NCBI GenBank assembly: GCA_030057915.1
Contig: JASGUC010000036.1
Location: forward strand, 21,511-85,510
Reading direction: 5' to 3'
Origin: Pseudomonadota bacterium
Lineage (GTDB): Bacteria > Desulfobacterota > Syntrophia > Syntrophales > UBA8958
DNA length: 64,000 bases
Translations under genes and position numbers: made by a program
Part shown: positions 31,647-40,432 of the stretch, piece after piece
How the letters are laid out: each line of letters begins with the position of its first letter
Numbering within the stretch: the stretch's first letter is position 1
The notes under the pieces: model-generated
The model's database searches: none
Seen by the model: the letters and a program-made list of their open reading frames with translations, nothing else
Told to the model about the DNA's origin: nothing

Positions 31647-34591
31647 CGAACCAGTTCGCCCGTTTCGTCGATGAGTCTCTTCGGGAGTTTCAAGACCCGC
31701 TTGAATAAATTGAAGGTCTCCTCCGACAACCCCCGGAGGGGCACGATCCGAACGGCGGGGTCGTCCAGCGGTCCCTTGGCCTCGAAATATACGGTCAGGA
31801 AGCGCCGGTCATCGTCGGCAAGTATCCATCCGGCGATGGGAATCCGGCTGATCGCCTTATCGACCGTCTGCAACGGCTGGATCCCGACGACGGCATCGAT
31901 GACGCGCCTTACGAGGTCCGCCTTGCCCGTGCCCGCCATGTTCATGGCGTCGCTGTCCAGATGGAAATCCTTGGTGCTGACCACGCCGTTTTCGATGGCC
32001 AGCGTGGCGGCGATGCTCCGGTAGGGCATCCCTTCCGCCGTGAGATCCGGAAGACGGCCCCGGAGGAGCTGGGAGACGTTGAGGAGGGAGAGGATCTTGG
32101 CCAGCGCCGGGAATCTATCGATGGTCCCCCTTTCGAGACGCAAACCGAGGTTCCCCGCCAACGATCTGAGCAGCTCCTCTTCGTTGCCGCCGGCGGCCGT
32201 CAACTCCCCCCGGCCGGAAGCGGTCCCGGTGATGGGCCGCCCCTTATCCCCTTCCCTGAAGAGATCCGCCACAGCCACGCCCTCGAAGCGCACCCGGTAG
32301 CGGTGACGCACCGGGCCGGCGGCGGCGAAACGAGTCTCTCCCGCGGCGGCCACGCTACCTTCCCCCAGACGGAAGGTAAGGTCGGCAATGCTCAGTGCAT
32401 CCTGCTCGTAGGCGACGCGGGCCTGCAAATCCCGGATCGGGAGGATGGCGGGAAGCGAGCCCGCCCCCAAATCCTCCCTCCGCGGGGCGGGGATCGCCAC
32501 CGCTCCCCGATAGACGGGCCGGGGCGATCCCTTTCGCGTCCCGGAGAGCGTAAAGGCCGTCTGGCCGTATCTCCCCGCGAGGCGGGAGGCGGTAAGGACA
32601 TCCCCTTCCCATTGGATGACCCCGGCGAGATCCCGAACCCGCCGGAGGTGCCCCGATGGCTTGAACGCCCCCTCGCGCAGGGATATGACGCCCTGCCAGG
32701 GACCGCCGGGCGACTTGACGTTTTTCCCCTCGAAGCGGATCTGCCCCTGGGCGGAACCGGCGGCCTCGTATCTGGTCAAAAAGGGGGACAGGGGCTTCAG
32801 TTCCGACAAGGTCACACGGTTGGACCGGGCGGCGAACCAGGCGCTCCGAGGGGCGCCAGCAAAGGGGTAGAAGGCCTCGGCCTCGATCTCGAGGGGAGGG
32901 AGGGAAAAGCGGCAAGGGGCGACCGCCATACCCCGGGCGGTGATTTTTACCTGGAAATGGGCCGAATTGGCTCGTCCGACCGGTTTGGCGAACCAGTCCC
33001 CGTAGCCGTAGCGGGCCGGCCCCAGCTCCCAATCCCCGGTCACTTCATACGCCGCCGCCGGTCCCCGGCCCAGGAGCTTCAGCGTCGTGGGACCGGCGAA
33101 GGAGGTCTTTCCCACCGCCTCGTTCCCAAAAAGCCAGGCCAGCTCCCGGGGGGTGGGTTGGATGACAGCGGCGAAGGGATAGGTCGCCGGCGCGGACAGG
33201 GCGTAATTCTCGATCCTTCCGGAGAGGCTAAAGGGGGCGGCGCCGAAATATCCCGACATGTCCTGGAGGATGAGTTCCCGTTCCGTCATAACGAGTTCTC
33301 CGGCGATCCCGCGGAGAGCGGGCGTCTTTTCCCCGAAATCCAGACGGCCCTTCGTCGCCTTCGCCCTGACCATGAGGATGCTGGTCCGGTTAGCGGCCCC
33401 CCACGTCTTCATCTCGCTTATCCGTCCCTTGAGGACGCCCGTCTCCACATGAAATACCCCCGCCCGGATATGCTTGCGGACAAAGTCCCCGGTGGCGGCG
33501 GGAACGATCCCATGGGGGATCCATTGTCCATGCCGTTCCAAATCGAAAGCCGTCACGGCGGCCGTGACCTCCACAAGAGGATCCGGGGAGCGCAGACCCT
33601 GGATCGTCATCCCTCCCCGCACCTTGAGGTCATCCAGAACGGCTTCCGCCCGACTTAAAACCACCGCGTCGTCTCCCCGGCGCCAATCGCCGGTCAGGCG
33701 CAGCCCGGCCACCTTGAGGGTTTCGGGGAAAACGGCGGGATAGGCCAGCTCCAGCCCGGTTATTTCCAGGGCGCCGGAAACGGTGAAATCCTCCCTCGCG
33801 CCGGCCAGGGCCAGTCTGGCGGTCAGGAGGCCGTCAAGCCTCCGGAAGGGGACCCAGCGACGAAGCCACGGCCAGGGGCCGGCCAGGGCGAGTTTATCCG
33901 TCCGCAACTTAGCGCCGATCAGGACACTCTCCCTTAGGTCCTCCGTTTTCTTCGCCAACCGCGCCTTTCCCGACAGGGACAGGCTGCCGCCCCCATCCTT
34001 TCCCGCCAGCGTCCCGGCGAGGGAAAAGGCGGTGACGACGCCCCGTTCCCAGCGCTCCAGATGAAAATTCACCCCCGTGAAGACCGGACCATCCTCCTGC
34101 CGCGGCGCATCGACGAAGGCGATTTCACCCCCGGTCACGGTTATCCCCCCCACCGTCAAGGTCGGGTCATGATCGGCGGCAAAGAGGTCGGCGATGTTCC
34201 ACCTCCCCTCCCGATCCAGGACAATCCGCACCCGGGGGGCATCCAGGCGGATTTCCCGGATCACGAGCCTCTTTTCCAGGATATAGGGCCACACGGCGAT
34301 GCCAAAGGCGATCTCCCTGGCCGTGGCGAAGGGTTCGGGGCGGTCCTTTTCGGCGATTTCGACGCCGGCGAAGGTAAAGGACGGTCCGGGACGGAAGGAG
34401 AGGCGGGCGGATTCATAGCACAGGTCTCGCCCCAGGGCCTGACGGGCGAAGGCCTCGATGGTTGGCCGGTGCGCCTCCAGGCCCCGCACCTGCCGAAAGA
34501 CCTGGAGGCCCAGGAAGACGACGGCGACGACGGCCAAGGCGACGAGCGCCCCGATGATCGGAACGATTCGTTTCTTTGTTGCCGGATGCAA
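31643..34591 (-). CDS. large AsmA-like / YhdP-like envelope protein (982 aa) with N-terminal membrane anchor
   Basis: N-terminal TM helix followed by a long beta-rich repetitive body, as in AsmA/TamB-like proteins. TTG start 8 nt after GGAGG. Family call is from memory only. Confidence 0.65.
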   Translation of the reverse strand: MHPATKKRIVPIIGALVALAVVAVVFLGLQVFRQVRGLEAHRPTIEAFARQALGRDLCYESARLSFRPGPSFTFAGVEIAEKDRPEPFATAREIAFGIAVWPYILEKRLVIREIRLDAPRVRIVLDREGRWNIADLFAADHDPTLTVGGITVTGGEIAFVDAPRQEDGPVFTGVNFHLERWERGVVTAFSLAGTLAGKDGGGSLSLSGKARLAKKTEDLRESVLIGAKLRTDKLALAGPWPWLRRWVPFRRLDGLLTARLALAGAREDFTVSGALEITGLELAYPAVFPETLKVAGLRLTGDWRRGDDAVVLSRAEAVLDDLKVRGGMTIQGLRSPDPLVEVTAAVTAFDLERHGQWIPHGIVPAATGDFVRKHIRAGVFHVETGVLKGRISEMKTWGAANRTSILMVRAKATKGRLDFGEKTPALRGIAGELVMTERELILQDMSGYFGAAPFSLSGRIENYALSAPATYPFAAVIQPTPRELAWLFGNEAVGKTSFAGPTTLKLLGRGPAAAYEVTGDWELGPARYGYGDWFAKPVGRANSAHFQVKITARGMAVAPCRFSLPPLEIEAEAFYPFAGAPRSAWFAARSNRVTLSELKPLSPFLTRYEAAGSAQGQIRFEGKNVKSPGGPWQGVISLREGAFKPSGHLRRVRDLAGVIQWEGDVLTASRLAGRYGQTAFTLSGTRKGSPRPVYRGAVAIPAPRREDLGAGSLPAILPIRDLQARVAYEQDALSIADLTFRLGEGSVAAAGETRFAAAGPVRHRYRVRFEGVAVADLFREGDKGRPITGTASGRGELTAAGGNEEELLRSLAGNLGLRLERGTIDRFPALAKILSLLNVSQLLRGRLPDLTAEGMPYRSIAATLAIENGVVSTKDFHLDSDAMNMAGTGKADLVRRVIDAVVGIQPLQTVDKAISRIPIAGWILADDDRRFLTVYFEAKGPLDDPAVRIVPLRGLSEETFNLFKRVLKLPKRLIDETGELVR

Positions 34592-34670
34592 TTCCGCAAC
34601 CTCCGCCTCGCGCCGGGGAGCCGGACGGACGGCCGGGGGGCCGTAACTTTTCTTGTCATTTCTACTTTCT

Positions 34671-34751
34671 TGTCATTTCGACCGAAGGGAGAAATCTTTA
34701 ACAAACTGCCATGATTAGGATTTCTCGTCGCTCGCGCTCCCCGAAATGACA
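34671..34751 (+). repeat. R2 hairpin repeat, copy a (partial copies at 34647-34664 and 34793-34825)
   Basis: TGTCATTTCGACCGAAGGGAGAAATC...GATTTCTCGTCGCTCGCGCTCCCCGAAATGACA, with nested inverted repeats. Confidence 0.75.
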
Positions 34752-34919
34752 TTGCCTCGCGCCGGGGGACCGGCCCACCAGCCGGGGGCCGTCACTTTTC
34801 TTGTCATTTCGACCGAAGGGAGAGATCGCCTCCGCCTCTCGCCGGGGGGCCGTCAGGGGAGACGACCGGAGGCGTCGGGCCGGCCCGCCAGCCGGCGGGG
34901 ACGACCGGAGGCGTCGGGG

Positions 34920-35633
34920 TCAGTTTTTGCTGAAGTACATCTCCCCGATGCAGCCTTCGGCGTAACTTCTCGTGTTCTGTGAGTTGATGTAAAACCGGAC
35001 GCCGTGGGTGGCCCCCAGGGGCTCCCCGCCGTGGACGTCCGGGAAAATTCGTTTATAATCCTCGTAAACGTTGCGCTTTTCCGTGTACCAGCTTCCCAGA
35101 TGGTCGGTCTTGTTACGCAGGACCAGATAGCGGATCTTTCGCAGCAGGGGCTTGGGACTGCGGACGGACAGACCCTTCGGGGCCTCGTTGTCCCAGATGT
35201 AGGTGAGGATCGGGGTGTTGATCGTTTGCGGGAAGCCCACGGCCGGCAGGACCACGTAGATCTGCAACACCTGGTCATCCGTGGCGGATCCGCGGACATC
35301 GCCCCCCCGGGGGAGCCGGTTGGCCCGCCAGGTCCAATTCAGATATGGATACTCCTTGAGATCGACCCGCACCTGCCTCTCGATGCCGAAACCGGAGCGG
35401 GGGTCGCTCTTGAGCTTGATGTAATAGGCGTCGCCTTCCCGGATCAGGTCGATGTTCGGCTTGCCGCTGTGTCTCATGAGCCGCCATCCCTCCGGCACGC
35501 CGTTGACCAGGCGGGGTGAACGGTATTTGGCCACCGGCACGGCCTGATCGGGAATGGAATGGATCTCTCCCCCCGTGAGCAGGACCAGCAGCGCCGCTAA
35601 AACGATGGAACACAAAAGGCGTTTCACGAACAT
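34920..35633 (-). CDS. secreted protein, DUF3047-like
   Basis: Signal peptide, and the pattern YLNWTWRANRLPRGGDVRGSATDDQVLQIYV resembles DUF3047. GAGGAG lies upstream of the ATG. Confidence 0.55.
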   Translation of the reverse strand: MFVKRLLCSIVLAALLVLLTGGEIHSIPDQAVPVAKYRSPRLVNGVPEGWRLMRHSGKPNIDLIREGDAYYIKLKSDPRSGFGIERQVRVDLKEYPYLNWTWRANRLPRGGDVRGSATDDQVLQIYVVLPAVGFPQTINTPILTYIWDNEAPKGLSVRSPKPLLRKIRYLVLRNKTDHLGSWYTEKRNVYEDYKRIFPDVHGGEPLGATHGVRFYINSQNTRSYAEGCIGEMYFSKN

Positions 35634-35668
35634 CTCTCCTCTGTAAGACCGCGGTATCGGCGGGGCCT

Positions 35669-36268
35669 TTACCGCGGCACCGGCCGCTTTGGCAAGCTGT
35701 TTTTTTCGTAAACCCGCATTATCTCCGAGCGGGTAACCACGGATTCCACCCGGGGGACGTAGGCCAGGATATTTTCCCTTCCCCCCTCTTCCCGGTCGAT
35801 CAGGGCGATGACCCGGTCGACGATCAGTCCCGCCGCCCGGACCCGCTCGATGGCGGTAATCGTCGATCCGCCGGTGGTGATGACGTCATCCAGCACCGCC
35901 ACCCGCTCGCCGGCTTTCACCTCCCCTTCCAGGGCGCTTTTTGTCCCGTGGTCCTTCACGTCCTTGCGGACGATAAAGGCCTTGATGGGCCTTCCCTGCT
36001 GGTAGGAGATCACCGCTAGGGCGTTGGCCAGGGCGTCGGCCCCCAGGGTGAGACCGCCCGCGGCGGCGACCTCGGCGTCGGCCAACATCCGGAAAAGAAT
36101 CCCCCCGATGAGGTTCATCCCCTCGGGATCTAGGGTCGTGGGCTTGCAGTTGAAGTAGTAGCTGCTCGTCTTCCCCGAGGCGAGGGTAAAGGGCGGATTA
36201 TCGCGGTACTGAAAGGATTTGGCGATGATGATCTCGATCAGTCGGTCCTTCATCCGGGCGACGTTCAT
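35669..36268 (-). CDS. pyrE: orotate phosphoribosyltransferase
   Basis: PRPP motif VAVLDDVITTGGS. Start at MNVARMKDRL (ATG 36268). The track ORF's N-terminal extension runs into an R1 repeat. Confidence 0.9.
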   Translation of the reverse strand: MNVARMKDRLIEIIIAKSFQYRDNPPFTLASGKTSSYYFNCKPTTLDPEGMNLIGGILFRMLADAEVAAAGGLTLGADALANALAVISYQQGRPIKAFIVRKDVKDHGTKSALEGEVKAGERVAVLDDVITTGGSTITAIERVRAAGLIVDRVIALIDREEGGRENILAYVPRVESVVTRSEIMRVYEKNSLPKRPVPR

Positions 36269-36347
36269 TACGGTAAACGACTCCTTCCTGTTTAGTTTTC
36301 TGACGGCGCATCGTCGTCGATAAAACATCCGGCGCCTCTGTCTATCC

Positions 36348-36633
36348 GAGAGCCTTGCAAAACCCCGTTTTTGTCCTCCCCCTGGTCCTTCCCGGGAAAA
36401 TGGGAGTCCAGCAACCCCTTTCGTCATTCCCGCGAAAGCGGGAATCCTGGGTTTTCAAGGATCTTCTGGACGCCGGGTCAAGCCCGACAGGGCATGGCCC
36501 AGGGTAAATTTGTTCTATCTCTAAGTGGCTGAAAACAGGACGTGCCTCAGTTTTTGTAGCTCATTCAAGATCAACTACTTACATTGAGAACAAATTTACC
36601 CTGGGCCATGGGCGGAGGTTTTTCAAAGGCCTC
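36348..36633 (-). repeat. R1 repeat, reverse copy interrupted by MITE copy 5
   Basis: GAGAGCCTTGCAAAACCCCG...CGTCATTCCCGCGAAAGCGGGAATCC...GGGTCAAGCCCGACAGGG | MITE | ...GGAGGTTTTTCAAAGGCCTC. Confidence 0.7.
36500..36603 (+). mobile_element. MITE-like element, copy 5 (nested in an R1 repeat)
   Basis: Both termini are CAGGGTAAATTTGTTCT. The flanks are inverted (CATGGCC / GGCCATG) rather than direct, so there is no clean TSD. Confidence 0.8.
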
Positions 36634-36699
36634 CGCCGTTAGCGGCCTATCCCTCACCTGAAGATGTGATCCTATGCGCTTGTATCATTACACCTTTCT

Positions 36700-36780
36700 T
36701 GTCATTTCGACGGAAGGGAGAAATCTTTAACAAACTGCCATGCTTAGGATTTCTCGTCGCTTACGCTCCTCGAAATGACA
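36700..36780 (+). repeat. R2 hairpin repeat, copy b, followed by R1-type terminus TTTTTCAAAGGTCTC
   Basis: TGTCATTTCGACGGAAGGGAGAAATC...GATTTCTCGTCGCTTACGCTCCTCGAAATGACA, 52 nt downstream of the metH stop. Confidence 0.8.
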
Positions 36781-36831
36781 TTTTTCAAAGGTCTCATGGC
36801 AATAATTGCCAGCGGAAAGATCCATGGGAAA

Positions 36832-39300
36832 TCATGAATTTTCATCCCCCTTTTTATCGGGCGCCGTCGTGAAGGTTTCATTTTCCAAGAGCCCGCCGAT
36901 CACCCGCACCGCCTCGACGCTGTCCCGGGCATAGGCGGCGCCGAGAGATTCCGCATACGCGGCGGTGACCACGGCCCCGCCCAGGATGAACGGCACGGCG
37001 AGGCCCTCCCGGCGGGCGGCGGCGATGACGTCCCCCATGGCCGTCATGGTGGTGGTCATGAGGGCCGACAGGCCCGCCGCCCGGGGACGATGTTCCTTAA
37101 TCGCCGTCAGTATCGCCGCCGTCGTCACGTCCTTGCCCAGGTCGATGACCTCGTAGCCGTGGTTTCTCAGCATGAGCGCCACGATATTCTTCCCGATGTC
37201 GTGGATGTCCCCCCGCACCGTGGCCAGGACGATCCGGCCCTTTCCCGCGGCATTCGTCGCGGACGCCGCCAGTAGGGGCGCCAGACGGGCCAGTCCGCGC
37301 TTCATCGCCTCGGCGCTGGCCATGAGTTGCGGGAGGAAGTAGGTCTGCCTCTCGTAGAGTTCCCCCACTCTCATGATGGCGGGGATCATCCGCTTGTCCA
37401 CCAGTTCTCCCGCGGCGACGCCGTCCAGGGCGGCCTCGATCACGGCGACGATGTCCTCCCGATTCCCCTCCAGGATGGCTTGATATACCCGTTCCTCCGG
37501 CGAGGGTTCCTTCGAGGGTTCCTGTTCCGGCGGCTTCCCCTCCGGGCCGGCCCCGGAAAACGCCGCGATGTAACGGGCCGCCTGGCGGTCCCGGCCCAGG
37601 AGGACGTCGGCGGCCTTCATTACGGCCTGCAACTCCGGACCGGCGGGATTGACGATGGCCATTGAGAGACCCGCCCCCTGGGCCAGGCCCAGCATGGCGG
37701 CGTTGAGCCACTTCCGCTCCGGCAGTCCGAAGGAGACGTTGGAGACCCCCAGGACCGTCCGGCAACCAAAGGTGCGGGACGCCCAGGACACCGTCTTCAG
37801 GGTCTCGGCAGGGGCCTCCTGGTTGGCCGCCACGGTCATGACCAGGCCGTCCACCACGATGTCCTCCTTGGTAAAGCCATGGCGCCGGGCGGCCAGAAAG
37901 ACCTCCCGGACGACGGCGGCGCGCCCGGCGGCGGTGGCGGGGATCTCCCCGTCCGTGAGGGGCAGGAGGATGAACATCGCCCCGTATTTCGCTGCCAGGG
38001 GGAGGAGTTTTTCCACCTTTTCCAGCTCCCCCGAGATGGAGTTGATCAGGGCCCGCCCCGGATAGAGGCGCAAGGCCGCCTCGATGGTCGCCACCTTCGG
38101 CGAGTCGATGACCAGGGGCAGGGAGGAGGCGGCCGTGACGGCCCGGATCGTCTCCCGCATGGTCGGGGGCTCGTCGATGCCCGGCACGCCCACGTTTACG
38201 TCCAGGAGGTCGGCCCCCTGCCATTCCTGCTCCCGGGCCAAGCGGCGGACCAGGGACATCTTTCCCTCCCGCAGTTCCTGCTGGAGTTGCTTCTTTCCGG
38301 TGGGATTGAGCCGCTCGCCGATGATAAACAGCGGCCGGTTCCGCTCCAACAGGCGATGGGTCCGGGCGGAGCTGACCGCCGCCAGGGAGCGGCGCCGGGG
38401 CGGTTCCGGCGACGACGACGCCGTGGCGGCCCGGATGGCGGCGATATGCTCCGGCGTCGTACCGCAGCAGCCCCCCAGAAGGTTGACGCCGGCCCTATGG
38501 AAGGCCTCCCCCCAGGAACCGAATTCCTCCGCCCCCATATCGAAGTGGGTCCGCCCACCCGCCAGTCGGGGCAGGCCGGCATTGGGCTTCGCCGCCAGCG
38601 GCACGGTGGCGTAAGGCTTCATGGCGGCGATCCAGTCCCGCATCTCCGCCGGCCCGACGGAGCAGTTGCAACCGACGGCGTCGGCGCCGAGACTCTGGAG
38701 GGTAATGAGGGCCGTGACGGGATCGGTCCCGTTGAGGGTCCGGCCGCCGGCCTCGTAAGTCATGGTGACGATCGTGAAAAGATCGCTGGATTCCTTGACC
38801 GCCAGCAGGGCCGCCCGGGCCTCCTGGATGTCCATCATGGTCTCGATGACGAAGAGATCCACCCCGCCGGCGAGGAGTCCCGCCACCTGCTCCTTAAAGA
38901 CCGTCACGGCCGCTTCGAAGGGAAGCTCTCCGAACGGTTCGACGAAGCGTCCCGTGGGCCCTATGTCGCCAGCGACAAGGCCCCCCGGTCCCGCGGCCTC
39001 CCTGGCCAGCAGGGCCATCCTTTCGTTGACGCCCCGCACGTCGTCAATCCCGTATTCCCCCAGTTTAGGGCCGTTGGCCCCGAAGGTGCAGGTGTAGATG
39101 ACATCCGCCCCCGCTTCCCGGTAGGCCCGCTGGACCTCCCGGAGGAGATGGGGGCGCTGGGCGCACCAGGCCTCGGGGCAGACGCCGCCGGGCATCCCGC
39201 GCTTCTGCAGCTCCGTCCCCGTGGCGCCGTCCAGGATCAAGATCCTCTTTTTCAGAAGGGCCGCGATTCCTTTTTTATTCAAATGCCTTTCCTCCCCCAA
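36832..39300 (-). CDS. metH: methionine synthase core (Hcy-methyltransferase, pterin-binding and B12-binding domains; no activation domain)
   Basis: 822 aa. N-terminal Hcy-binding domain (ILDGATGTELQ, GGCCGTTPEHI). The B12 motif DxHxxG is present as GDIHDIGKN. The protein ends shortly after the B12 domain. Confidence 0.92.
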   Translation of the reverse strand: MGEERHLNKKGIAALLKKRILILDGATGTELQKRGMPGGVCPEAWCAQRPHLLREVQRAYREAGADVIYTCTFGANGPKLGEYGIDDVRGVNERMALLAREAAGPGGLVAGDIGPTGRFVEPFGELPFEAAVTVFKEQVAGLLAGGVDLFVIETMMDIQEARAALLAVKESSDLFTIVTMTYEAGGRTLNGTDPVTALITLQSLGADAVGCNCSVGPAEMRDWIAAMKPYATVPLAAKPNAGLPRLAGGRTHFDMGAEEFGSWGEAFHRAGVNLLGGCCGTTPEHIAAIRAATASSSPEPPRRRSLAAVSSARTHRLLERNRPLFIIGERLNPTGKKQLQQELREGKMSLVRRLAREQEWQGADLLDVNVGVPGIDEPPTMRETIRAVTAASSLPLVIDSPKVATIEAALRLYPGRALINSISGELEKVEKLLPLAAKYGAMFILLPLTDGEIPATAAGRAAVVREVFLAARRHGFTKEDIVVDGLVMTVAANQEAPAETLKTVSWASRTFGCRTVLGVSNVSFGLPERKWLNAAMLGLAQGAGLSMAIVNPAGPELQAVMKAADVLLGRDRQAARYIAAFSGAGPEGKPPEQEPSKEPSPEERVYQAILEGNREDIVAVIEAALDGVAAGELVDKRMIPAIMRVGELYERQTYFLPQLMASAEAMKRGLARLAPLLAASATNAAGKGRIVLATVRGDIHDIGKNIVALMLRNHGYEVIDLGKDVTTAAILTAIKEHRPRAAGLSALMTTTMTAMGDVIAAARREGLAVPFILGGAVVTAAYAESLGAAYARDSVEAVRVIGGLLENETFTTAPDKKGDENS

Positions 39301-39391
39301 ACGATGTGATCATGCCTCGCCGGCCGGGGCCGGCCGTCCCCCGCGCTTAGAGACCTTTGAAAAATGTCATTTATAGGAGCGCGAGCCTACA

Positions 39392-39480
39392 TGTCATTTC
39401 GAAGGAGCGCGAGCGACGAGAAATCCTAAGATCCCTCACTACATTCGGGACATAGATTTCTCCCTTCGGTCGAAATGACA
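39392..39480 (-). repeat. R2 hairpin repeat, copy c (inverted relative to copy b), preceded by GAGACCTTTGAAAAA and a partial arm
   Basis: TGTCATTTCGAAGGAGCGCGAGCGACGAGAAATC...GATTTCTCCCTTCGGTCGAAATGACA, about 90 nt upstream of the metH start. Confidence 0.8.
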
Positions 39481-39637
39481 AAAATGGCGGTTATTCAAAG
39501 CTCTCGCTTATAGCACGCTGGCGTAAAAAGGCAATAAAAATCCAGAGGTGACGGCGGAGGGTCGGGAGGCCTGGAGAGATAGGCCTTCCCTTCGTCCCCG
39601 CCGACAACCACAAGGGCCTGCTCGCGCCGAAGCGAGG

Positions 39638-40258
39638 TCAAAGGGAGACGATGCCTGTCAGGGCCGTCACCGACTTCTCCGGGACCATCAGACAGGTCTT
39701 GGTGAGGGTTACCCCAAGCTGTTCCATGGGGAGTAACCGGTGGACAAGAAGCTGATTTTCCAAGACAAAGTCGCCATAACCCGGGGAAAAACGGCCGGTC
39801 AGGAGGGTCTTACCCTCCCGTCGGAGGGTCTGGCGGAAATAGGACATGATCCAGTCCAGGGCGGCGTCGGTGATCTCGCTGGCTGCGGCGTCGAGGGTCA
39901 CGCCCCGGGTGGCGTCGCCACCCGCCATCTCGGCCTGGATCGCCTCCATAATGGCCGCGCCGCCGGTGGCCCCCATGAGGAGCGCCTCGCCCGAGTTCTT
40001 GAGGAAGCGGGCGAGATCCCGGCTGGCAAAGACCGTCGTTTCGCCCAGAACGACCCGTCCCGGCGGCTCGATCCGGCAGGGAAGCCGCAGCGCCGTCCCC
40101 TTAGGGGCGATCAAGTCTTGCGCCTCGTCCAGATAGCGCTCTATTTCCCGACGCCCTTCGGCGTTCAGGCGGGTGATGCGCCGCCGGTAGCCAAGACGGC
40201 GGTAGATGGCCGGAAGGGGCGCAATGACGGGGATCTTCTCGAAGAAAACGGGTTTCAT
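39638..40258 (-). CDS. stand-alone methionine synthase activation (AdoMet-binding) domain-like protein
   Basis: 206 aa. The C-terminal block GRFSPGYGDFVLENQ...LGVTLTKTCLMVPEKSVTALTGI resembles the MetH reactivation domain. Located just upstream of metH. Start at MKPVFF (ATG 40258). Confidence 0.65.
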   Translation of the reverse strand: MKPVFFEKIPVIAPLPAIYRRLGYRRRITRLNAEGRREIERYLDEAQDLIAPKGTALRLPCRIEPPGRVVLGETTVFASRDLARFLKNSGEALLMGATGGAAIMEAIQAEMAGGDATRGVTLDAAASEITDAALDWIMSYFRQTLRREGKTLLTGRFSPGYGDFVLENQLLVHRLLPMEQLGVTLTKTCLMVPEKSVTALTGIVSL

Positions 40259-40432
40259 CGCCGCGGCTCCATGCATGGTGGCGCCCAGACGGGGGCGTCG
40301 CGGGCAGCATAAAAGGAAAGGGGACCCCTGTCAAAGGGATTTTGGGACGAGGACGACGCGGGGCCGGCCCCGGGGCCGGGCAAGGGATAGGCCCCGGAAG
40401 GGCTATCCGGCGCGGACGCTCCCGCGACGCCC

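Noticed and set aside
12950-36427. N-terminal extensions of track ORFs: MBL hydrolase to 13195, DUF47 to 15220, leuB to 19425, leuD to 20477, the 22675 start of the 23032 ORF, pyrE to 36427, kdsB to 59137 and ADH to 63427.
   Set aside because: The extensions run through repeats or the neighbouring gene and lack family similarity. Internal ATGs with SD sequences match the conserved N-termini.
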